Assembly: GCA_943789275.1 (NCBI GenBank)
Contig: CALSTM010000001.1
Coordinates: forward strand, 270,001-302,000
Length of the DNA: 32,000 bases
Direction of reading: 5' to 3'
DNA from: Candidatus Poseidoniaceae archaeon
GTDB lineage: Archaea; Thermoplasmatota; Poseidoniia; Poseidoniales; Poseidoniaceae
The notes under the pieces were generated by a model that was not told the origin of the DNA, did not search any database, and saw nothing but the letters and a program-made list of their open reading frames with translations. How positions within the stretch are numbered: position 1 is the stretch's first letter; every line of letters begins with the position of its first letter. Position numbers and translations under genes: made by a program. Below are positions 25,800 through 32,000 of this stretch, in pieces.

Positions 25800-27557
25800 C
25801 TAGTTTCCACTGTTTGGACCTGTGCCGTTTTCCACTTCCTCGCGGTCAGTGATTCCGTCACCGTCCGTATCTTCGGTGTTGGAATTGAAGCCTGCCGCAT
25901 CTTCATAACTGTCGGCAAGGCGGTCGCCATCATCGTCTTGCGCATCCGCTTCATCGAGGGAATAAACGATGGATAATTGGCTCGGATGTTCAATCTGACG
26001 AAGTCTACCCTCCCAAGTGAGCGATTGATTCTCATGGATTGAATCGGTTCCAATAGCGTTGAGTTGTACATTGAGTTTAATGGATTGGTCAGACCCCGGG
26101 CGTTCAAGGTACCATCCATCGTCCTTGAGTGCGGCTTTACCGTCGATAAGAACAAACTGGTTTTTGGAATAGCCCCATTGTGTTGCGCCATCGTCCCAAA
26201 GGAGGGTCGAAGGAGGTGGTGGATTCCCGGTGAGGTTGTAGGAGTTCACCATGAGGCGGATTCGCATGTCTTCATCGTCCCATGCTACGGTGACATCAGC
26301 AACAACGCCTTGACCAGATTCAATCCAGTCGGTACGGGGTCCGGGGAATGTCATGGCGATTGTCGTCTGTCCAAACGTGTAGGTTTGGCTGTCGACAAAG
26401 TAACCTTCAGTGTCCAAGGGTTCGAAAGCGTATTTCATGTAGGTGTTAATGGTGTAATGCATGTATGGGTTTTCAAGCATTGAGGCAGGGTCAGCAGACA
26501 GCATGGCCTGCATTGACATTGCAGACATAGGATTGACGAGGTTTTGTCCCATGCCTTGGTTTGCATCGATGCACCACGTGCTCCTGTCGTCGCTCCACAT
26601 TAATCGTCCTTCAGCATCAAAAATGGAGTTATTGTAACTTCCATCAGCAGCGTTCTCGATATCTTCAGTTGTTGGGATAACGCAGATGGTATTGCCGCTG
26701 GGTCCGACCAGATCCCATACGCCGTCTTCGATGTGCAACGTTCCTGCGAGGATGACCTTACTGCCGGATTGGTAGCTCCATGTTGCTTCTGTAGCCCAAT
26801 CGAGACGATTGACGGGGGGTACATGGCTTCCATCGATGAGAATATCTGGCCCTTGAGTATGAAGCGCCCATCGGAGGCTCGTTTCTTGATAGGATAGAAT
26901 TCCACTGACTTCAATCTTCGAATCAGATTCAATCCACTTGCCGGTTGCCGATTGAATGAGCAGTTGCATTTGGTGAGCAGCGTTTCCTGGGTGGTCGGTA
27001 ATGTATGCGGAAGTGTAGACGGCATCTGGGCTTACAGATTTACTGATGAAACCGTTGACCGTCACTATTTTGCCAAGATAATCTGAAGGAGCAACTGCGA
27101 TGTCTGACAGCGAGACTCTCTCGAGAGTTGGTAAATCTTTAGCTTCCCAATACAACGCACCAGAGCCTGTTGCCTGCATGAAGAATCGTCCGTTATAGTC
27201 GACAACATCACCCATGGCCGTCACATTCGTACCTATGGGGGGGATTGTCCCGGTTGAATACCATCGAACTTGGATCACTCCAGTCTCGTCTTCGATGACC
27301 AAGTCGACACGGTCTTCACCGCTGCCGTATCGGTCTTCAATCCACGAAATGACTTTTCCTTCAACCAATACCACTTCGTTCTTGTATTGCACGAGGTCTT
27401 CGATTTCGACCACTTGCGGTTCGCGAACCATAGCGTACCAGTTCAACGTAGCCACTAAGAATAACGAAAGAGCGAACATAACCCACAACTTTTGACCCCG
27501 TGTAGCCGGATTGTCATCGGTTATCTTGAGCATAATGTCCTTGAGAGCATCCGCCAT
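25800..27557 (-). CDS. N-terminally membrane-anchored extracellular protein with tandem OB-fold-like domains and a C-terminal TSP3-like Asp-rich tail
   Basis: Signal-anchor helix (LWVMFALSLFLVATLNWYAMV). At least two segments show an OB-fold-like strand pattern (VVLVEGKVISW...DLVIEDETGVIQVRW...GTNVTAMGDVVDYNGRF, and KIVTVNGFISK...AYITD...MQLLIQ...SKIEVSGILSY). The C-terminus is DDDGDRLAD...DTDGDGITD (25803-25955). The fold assignment is by eye only. Confidence 0.6.
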   Translation of the reverse strand: MADALKDIMLKITDDNPATRGQKLWVMFALSLFLVATLNWYAMVREPQVVEIEDLVQYKNEVVLVEGKVISWIEDRYGSGEDRVDLVIEDETGVIQVRWYSTGTIPPIGTNVTAMGDVVDYNGRFFMQATGSGALYWEAKDLPTLERVSLSDIAVAPSDYLGKIVTVNGFISKSVSPDAVYTSAYITDHPGNAAHQMQLLIQSATGKWIESDSKIEVSGILSYQETSLRWALHTQGPDILIDGSHVPPVNRLDWATEATWSYQSGSKVILAGTLHIEDGVWDLVGPSGNTICVIPTTEDIENAADGSYNNSIFDAEGRLMWSDDRSTWCIDANQGMGQNLVNPMSAMSMQAMLSADPASMLENPYMHYTINTYMKYAFEPLDTEGYFVDSQTYTFGQTTIAMTFPGPRTDWIESGQGVVADVTVAWDDEDMRIRLMVNSYNLTGNPPPPSTLLWDDGATQWGYSKNQFVLIDGKAALKDDGWYLERPGSDQSIKLNVQLNAIGTDSIHENQSLTWEGRLRQIEHPSQLSIVYSLDEADAQDDDGDRLADSYEDAAGFNSNTEDTDGDGITDREEVENGTGPNSGN

Positions 27558-27648
27558 ATTCGACTACACCAGTGCCCCGTGCTTAGGCATTGCCATGCTT
27601 CATTCTTATCCAGAAACCCACATTGTTCGCGATTTGAGCATGCGGGTT

Positions 27649-27656
27649 CTTTTTAA
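27649..27656 (+). promoter_or_regulatory. TATA-like box (CTTTTTAA) for the HD-domain gene; implies a leaderless or near-leaderless transcript starting near 27677
   Basis: An A/T-rich octamer overlaps the first in-frame ATG (27656). Three further ATGs lie at 27677, 27683 and 27689, at the distance expected for an archaeal TSS (~22-27 nt downstream of a TATA box). Confidence 0.3.
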
Positions 27657-27676
27657 TGGAAAAGCAGACCGGTCTT

Positions 27677-28984
27677 ATGGGGATGGCCATGCGAGACCGG
27701 GTGATTCGAGACGAAATTCACAAGGATATTTTCGTTCCTGCCGCTCACGCTAAAATAATTGACACCCGTGAATTCCAGCGTCTACGCTCGATTCAACAAC
27801 TGTCAACTTGTGAGTATGTTTTTCCTGCAGCCAACCACAATCGTTTTTCGCACTCTTTAGGGGCATACCACCTTGCTCGAACCCTTGTTGATTCGCTCAA
27901 CGATGTCCAGCCGGGTCTTGTTTCCGACGACGATGCAGAATTAATTCAACTTGCGGCTTTGTTGCACGATATTGGTCACCCACCTTTTTCACACCTTCTT
28001 GAATCACCGGAAGTTTTTGCAACATACCATTCGCATGAACACTGGGGCAGAGTTTTGCTTGAATCTGAAGACACTGAAGTAGGAATCGCTTTGCTCGAGG
28101 CACTCGGGCGTACTCGGCGCGACCGCCTTTTTGCCCTGCTTGACGGGGCGAAAGAGCACGAAGGTATCGCCATCCCGCCGTTCATGAAGGAAATAGTCTC
28201 CAGTCAACTTGACGTTGACCGCATGGATTACATGGTTCGTGACCAGGCAAATACCGGTGCGCAAATTGGTGGGTTTGATATTGCTCGAGTCATACGTGCA
28301 TTGCGAGTAAGTGATGACGGTCATTTTTTCGTGAAATCATGGGGACTTCCTGCGATTGAGGCCTACCTCGTGACTCGATACCATATGTACCATCAAGTCT
28401 ACTTCCATAAGGTCAACATGCTGACGCAGAATTACCTTGTCCGTATGCTCTCTCGTGCACGAGCATTGGCTCAAGAAGGTGAATTGACTCTCTCACCCTC
28501 TCTTGCGGATATGTTACTCAATTCGGATCTGGATGCCAAGGGCTATGCAGCGCTTAACGATGCACATGTCCGAGTTGCTTTACCGGATTGGGCCGAACAT
28601 GAAGATGCAACTTTATCTCACTATGCAATGCGTTTACTCTCACGCCGAGACTTCCATAAATCGTTGCGTATTGAAGGCTTGAGTACTGAAATGGTGACCG
28701 TTGTTTTACCTCGCTTACAGGCACTGGTTGCTGATGCTGGATTTGATCCGTCGATCGATGTCATCACCGCACGAATCTCGAAGCGTGGCTACATGCCGTA
28801 TGAGCAAGGCATTCTTCTGGAAGACGGGCGCGATGCTGCGGACCATTCACCGCTTGTTCGTTCGCTAACGCAACCAAACGAGAGGGCACTGATTTTTGTC
28901 CCTGATGCAATCCGTGACGAACTTGAACTCAGTGTTCGAGAATGGGTCAAACCTTCGCAATCCTCACTTGCCCAGTTTGAATGA
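27677..28984 (+). CDS. HD-domain phosphohydrolase, COG1078 / SAMHD1-like (putative dNTP triphosphohydrolase)
   Basis: The motifs FQRLRSIQQL, NRFSHSLGAYHLA, LLHDIGHPPFSH and LDVDRMDYMVRD are the hallmarks of the SAMHD1/EF1143-type HD family. The start is ambiguous (27656, 27677, 27683 or 27689). The family's usual N-terminus (x3-5-I-x-D-x-IH) favours the later ATGs. Confidence 0.85.
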   Translation: MGMAMRDRVIRDEIHKDIFVPAAHAKIIDTREFQRLRSIQQLSTCEYVFPAANHNRFSHSLGAYHLARTLVDSLNDVQPGLVSDDDAELIQLAALLHDIGHPPFSHLLESPEVFATYHSHEHWGRVLLESEDTEVGIALLEALGRTRRDRLFALLDGAKEHEGIAIPPFMKEIVSSQLDVDRMDYMVRDQANTGAQIGGFDIARVIRALRVSDDGHFFVKSWGLPAIEAYLVTRYHMYHQVYFHKVNMLTQNYLVRMLSRARALAQEGELTLSPSLADMLLNSDLDAKGYAALNDAHVRVALPDWAEHEDATLSHYAMRLLSRRDFHKSLRIEGLSTEMVTVVLPRLQALVADAGFDPSIDVITARISKRGYMPYEQGILLEDGRDAADHSPLVRSLTQPNERALIFVPDAIRDELELSVREWVKPSQSSLAQFE

Positions 28985-29027
28985 CACAGGGTTAAGTTCA
29001 TGGCTTGTGCTCTTTCCCTCGATGCAG

Positions 29028-29101
29028 GGGCCCGTAGCTTAGTTGGTTGGAGCACCCGGCTCATAACCGGGGGGTCAGGGGTTCAAGTCCCTTCGGGCCC
29101 A
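29028..29101 (+). tRNA. tRNA with anticodon CAT (elongator Met, or Ile2 if C34 is modified), 74 nt, no encoded CCA
   Basis: Hand-folded: acceptor GGGCCCG/CGGGCCC, D-stem GCTT/GAGC, anticodon stem CCCGG/CCGGG with loop CTCATAA, T-arm AGGGG-TTCAAGT-CCCTT, discriminator A. The G1:C72 pair argues against an archaeal initiator. Confidence 0.9.
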
Positions 29102-29110
29102 CTTTTTTAT
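29102..29110 (+). terminator. Oligo-T tract (cTTTTTTat) immediately after the tRNA; archaeal-type termination signal
   Basis: A T6 run at 29103-29108 directly follows the discriminator base. Confidence 0.4.
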
Positions 29111-29194
29111 TCCCGTTCGTTCGCCATTTTCTGAGCCATCACGGCGCAACGGTTATGAGGGTCTCATCACTGGGTAGGGCATAGGTGGAACCTG

Positions 29195-30127
29195 ATGTTT
29201 AAGCGGTCTCTTTTCTTGCTAGCCCTTTACCTCTGCTCAGTTTTGATTGTTGCAGTACCTGCTTCGGCACAGACGCCAACAGCAGCTGTGTCTCTTTCAT
29301 GCGCTCCAATTTCGATTAACATCGAAGTGAAGCCTGGTTCGACGTACAACGGTTTCACGACCTGTACTGCGAACAACCCAACAACCTATCAAGAGAAAAT
29401 CAGTATTCTGGTTACCAGTGATGGTCTTGCTACTGCTGCGCCTGGTGACATGTACATTGGTGCAAGTTCCGAGGTTGACTTCCAAGTCTCTGTTCGAGCA
29501 ACACCTTACATGGTGATGCAAAGCCGTACGCTTTCAGTTTCTGCTCAAGTGCAAGAAATCAACTCTTTGCCTCCGATCAACTCAGCATCGTCCCAGAACA
29601 ACATGATTGTCAACATCATGCAGTATTCATTGGTACAGGTCGAAGCGGTCGAACCTTTCGTTCAATTGATGCCGAAGAAAGACAAGAACTTCGAATTTAA
29701 GGTCTACAATCTTGGTAATCAAATAGATTTCATGAAGGTCGGTATCACTGAATCGAGCCGTGAGAACCTCGAAGAGGCAGGATTCACAATCAACTTGCCT
29801 GCTGTCAAGGTTCAAATTGACGCTATTCCAACGGCGACCAAGGTTCGTGTCATGGCTCGAACTCCAAAGACACAAGGATGGAGCGACGCATACCACGTTC
29901 TCGACTTCTTCGCAGAATCGGAATTCGCTTGTAACAACGGTGGGTGTATCCGTGAATCTCAAATGATTACAGTCTACGTTCGTGGTGTCTATCTCCCCGG
30001 TTTCGAAATAGTTCCCGCAATCTCGATGGTGGCATTGGCCGCAGCAGTTGCTGGCCGACGATTCATTGAAGACCGTGAAGAAGACGAAGAAAACGTCGTC
30101 TGGTACGAATCTGCCCCTGGCCTGTGA
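29195..30127 (+). CDS. Secreted envelope protein with two Ig/CARDB-like beta domains and a PGF-CTERM-like anchor plus acidic extension
   Basis: Signal peptide (LFLLALYLCSVLIVAVPASA-QT), an AGGTGG SD-like site upstream, beta-rich domains (e.g. FEFKVYNLGNQIDFMKV), and the C-terminus LPGFEIVPAISMVALAAAVAGRRF followed by IEDREEDEENVVWYESAPGL. Confidence 0.6.
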   Translation: MFKRSLFLLALYLCSVLIVAVPASAQTPTAAVSLSCAPISINIEVKPGSTYNGFTTCTANNPTTYQEKISILVTSDGLATAAPGDMYIGASSEVDFQVSVRATPYMVMQSRTLSVSAQVQEINSLPPINSASSQNNMIVNIMQYSLVQVEAVEPFVQLMPKKDKNFEFKVYNLGNQIDFMKVGITESSRENLEEAGFTINLPAVKVQIDAIPTATKVRVMARTPKTQGWSDAYHVLDFFAESEFACNNGGCIRESQMITVYVRGVYLPGFEIVPAISMVALAAAVAGRRFIEDREEDEENVVWYESAPGL

Positions 30128-30227
30128 CGGCACGAGAACAAACCTTCGACAATCCCGTCGAAGCATGCACTTGTAGGGGTCGCTTTGATAATCCCCTGCG
30201 TTAAACGACCTCATAACAGGGATTGCT

Positions 30228-31490
30228 ATGAGTGGATTACTTGACAAAGCCAACGCATCGAAAACCGAATCTGAACCAACACAAGTGACAGTTGTTGCTG
30301 AAAAGGTGACCATCGTTTCGCAGCAACCTACAGCACCAGCACTCTCCTCTGCAAGTTCAGGTGGGCCAGACACACCTCTCAAACTCACAATAGCAGGATG
30401 GATTACGATTTTCATCGGAGGCCTTCTTGCCCTACAAGGTGGCGGAATGGGTATTCTTGTCGTACTTGGTGTTCTGGTTGTAGGAACAGGTCTCCTCGTT
30501 CAGTCTGAACGAATGGCTGACCGAGAAATGAATACGGTCAAGCTTGGCATCTCAATTTTCATAGCAATCCTCGTTGCCGCTGGCCCGTATGCTGCTTTTT
30601 ACCTCGTGCCTGCCGACACCTCAATGGCACTCACGGAAATTAATTTGAACGAAGAATCGGATGAACTTACTTTTTATGTCCGTGGTTCCTTCGATTCTGC
30701 AACCGCATCGATAACGCTTGATGGTGAATCGTTGTGGTCAGACTCTTTGCAGTTAAACAACGATCGTGCGAAATTCAAAGTTCCTCTTACCGCCTTCTTT
30801 GCTGGCAACGCTCAAGATTATCGTCTTGCATCAATGAATGAATACATGATTGAAGTCTCTTCGGGTGATGGTCAATCGAAGACTGCTGAAGTTACACCGG
30901 CTCTTCTTAACCGCGAAGTGCTGAACTCTGGTGCTCGGATATCGGAGGTTCTTCGAACTCAAACCTCCGGCGGTGGAAGTCAAGCAACGACGACCACCAC
31001 TGTTGAAGGCGTGATTGTCGAATCCATAATGGGACTGTTTGGGCCAAGTGAAAGCGCTCAAGACAACGGAGAACATTCGATGACCAACCTCGCTCTCACA
31101 CCCGTTGCGTCTGATTACACCGTTCAACTTCGAGTTAAGAAAGGCAGTTCGACAGAATACAGTTCTCCGCTGATCGAAGTCAACGGTCTTGATGCAACAT
31201 GGACCAGTACCGTAGACGGCGCAAAAAGTGGAAAAACAAACGGATGGCTTGGCCTTCCAGGGACTGCAATGGACAACTGGGCAGGCGGTAGTGGTGCTAC
31301 AGAATTCCTCGACAAGGATTCATTCTATGACGGGGCAGGTTGCTATACATTTGAAATCGTCATCACCAACGTATTCTACGCAGGCATGAACGATGTCGAC
31401 TCTGATGCAACTGGAATTACTGTCAGCAGTAACTCTTGGGAACTCAACTTTGATGGCAATACCGAACAACGAGCCATGGAAGTTTGTTGA
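30228..31490 (+). CDS. Hypothetical membrane protein (3 N-terminal TM helices) with large extracellular beta-rich domain
   Basis: The 420-aa ORF has hydrophobic helices at about aa 55-125, followed by a T/S/G-rich linker (SGGGSQATTTTT) and a domain with no motif I recognise. Confidence 0.55.
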   Translation: MSGLLDKANASKTESEPTQVTVVAEKVTIVSQQPTAPALSSASSGGPDTPLKLTIAGWITIFIGGLLALQGGGMGILVVLGVLVVGTGLLVQSERMADREMNTVKLGISIFIAILVAAGPYAAFYLVPADTSMALTEINLNEESDELTFYVRGSFDSATASITLDGESLWSDSLQLNNDRAKFKVPLTAFFAGNAQDYRLASMNEYMIEVSSGDGQSKTAEVTPALLNREVLNSGARISEVLRTQTSGGGSQATTTTTVEGVIVESIMGLFGPSESAQDNGEHSMTNLALTPVASDYTVQLRVKKGSSTEYSSPLIEVNGLDATWTSTVDGAKSGKTNGWLGLPGTAMDNWAGGSGATEFLDKDSFYDGAGCYTFEIVITNVFYAGMNDVDSDATGITVSSNSWELNFDGNTEQRAMEVC

Positions 31491-31564
31491 ACAACTCAAC
31501 TTTGTTGAAGAAAGTGAATCACGAACAACGGATGTTTGTTGAAGCAGTAATGGTGAACGACATC

Positions 31565-32000
31565 TTAGTCCTCTACCTCTTCGTCTTCCTCCGCTTCTGA
31601 ATCGTTCTCAGTGTCTTGGACCTGTTCTGATTCATCAGCAAGAACGATGGATTCTGCAACATCACCATATGTGGTGTCTTTCGATGATGCACGTAGAGAA
31701 AACATTGCACTGGCAGCTAAAATCAGCACTGCAAGTATTCCATAGATGACAAGAGGTTGGTCTTCAGTTTCATCTCCGAAGTACCATCCAACTTCTTGTG
31801 AGTTGCCACCCTCTGTATTTGTTATGTCGTCGGAAATAGACTTCAACACATTCGGAATCAGTGCTCGACAATTCAGTACTTGTGCACCATCGGTGTTGGC
31901 CCACCAGGAGACTGGAAGTTCCTTTTCTTCACCAGGTGCGAGCGTAGTTGTCAATGAGGTCGTATCGGTCAAATTGTCCGCTACATAGCACCAGATGTTC
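31565..32000 (-). CDS. C-terminal part of a surface protein (CARDB-like domain, TM helix, highly acidic cytoplasmic tail); 5' end beyond the right edge
   Basis: The reading frame is open from 32000. The ORF-track M at 31972 is a TTG, and upstream codons continue without a stop (...NIWCYVADN). A CARDB-like pattern (LAPGEEKELPVSWWANTDGAQVLNCRA) is followed by a TM helix (LVIYGILAVLILAASAMFSL) and the tail ...DTENDSEAEEDEEVED. Confidence 0.6.
   Translation of the reverse strand, partial: NIWCYVADNLTDTTSLTTTLAPGEEKELPVSWWANTDGAQVLNCRALIPNVLKSISDDITNTEGGNSQEVGWYFGDETEDQPLVIYGILAVLILAASAMFSLRASSKDTTYGDVAESIVLADESEQVQDTENDSEAEEDEEVED

Noticed and set aside
29028-29194. Integrated mobile element at the tRNA(CAT) gene
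   Set aside because: There is no integrase, excisionase, phage or plasmid gene in the downstream 3 kb. I could not find any repeat of the tRNA 3' half, and no visible change in composition.
30144-30163. Hairpin CTTCGAC-aatccc-GTCGAAG 17 nt after the stop of the 310-aa ORF as an intrinsic terminator
   Set aside because: It has only a 7-bp stem and is not followed by a T-run. Archaeal termination generally relies on oligo-T rather than hairpins, so the evidence is too weak to annotate.
29627-30415. 262-aa ORF on the minus strand spanning the 29195-30127 gene, the intergenic gap and the start of the 30228-31490 gene
   Set aside because: It is antisense to two ORFs that have signal peptide/TM logic and SD-like sites. 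Its translation is Cys/Arg/Val-rich with no domain logic, and it crosses an intergenic region. This is typical of a shadow ORF.
1-32000. CRISPR arrays, IS elements, rRNA genes, classic toxin-antitoxin or restriction-modification defence loci
   Set aside because: I scanned both strands for regularly spaced direct repeats, transposase/integrase-like ORFs and small paired ORFs and saw none. The only repeats are intragenic domain repeats (LTD, TSP3) and the short TTTGTTGAA triplet.

Overview
Gene-dense window (over 90% coding, no CRISPR array, transposase or integrase seen). It is most likely chromosomal DNA from a planktonic archaeon, possibly Thermoplasmatota / Marine Group II-like. That placement is an inference from a stand-alone GMP synthase subunit B, a ThiN-domain regulator, tRNA genes without encoded CCA, GGTG/GGAGGTG-type ribosome-binding sites, oligo-T after a tRNA and a PGF-like C-terminal anchor; I cannot verify it here. 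Left to right: (1) a minus-strand operon with a ThiR-like regulator (HTH + ThiN domain) directly ahead of a ThiB/ThiP/ThiQ-like ABC importer. (2) An animal GAD/CSAD-like PLP decarboxylase and a membrane-domain::alpha/beta-hydrolase fusion. (3) Glycine cleavage genes gcvT and gcvPA-gcvPB, interrupted by an opposite-strand GT4 glycosyltransferase, with no gcvH. (4) A small membrane protein, purE and GMP synthase subunit B. (5) tRNA-Asn(GTT). (6) A long co-directional minus-strand cluster: membrane-anchored OB-fold/TSP3 protein, orphan TctA-family permease, a 1633-aa surface protein (six lamin-tail domains + dual-HKD PLD fold + TSP3 repeats + C-terminal TM), a BI-1 family membrane protein, a 2OG-Fe(II) oxygenase and thymidine phosphorylase. 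(7) A divergent SAMHD1-like HD phosphohydrolase. (8) tRNA-Met/Ile2(CAT), followed by three uncharacterised envelope proteins. The main lead is the LTD-PLD giant and its neighbours. I read them as a candidate cell-surface nucleic-acid (or phosphodiester) capture, degradation and salvage module, but this is a hypothesis built from domain logic only.
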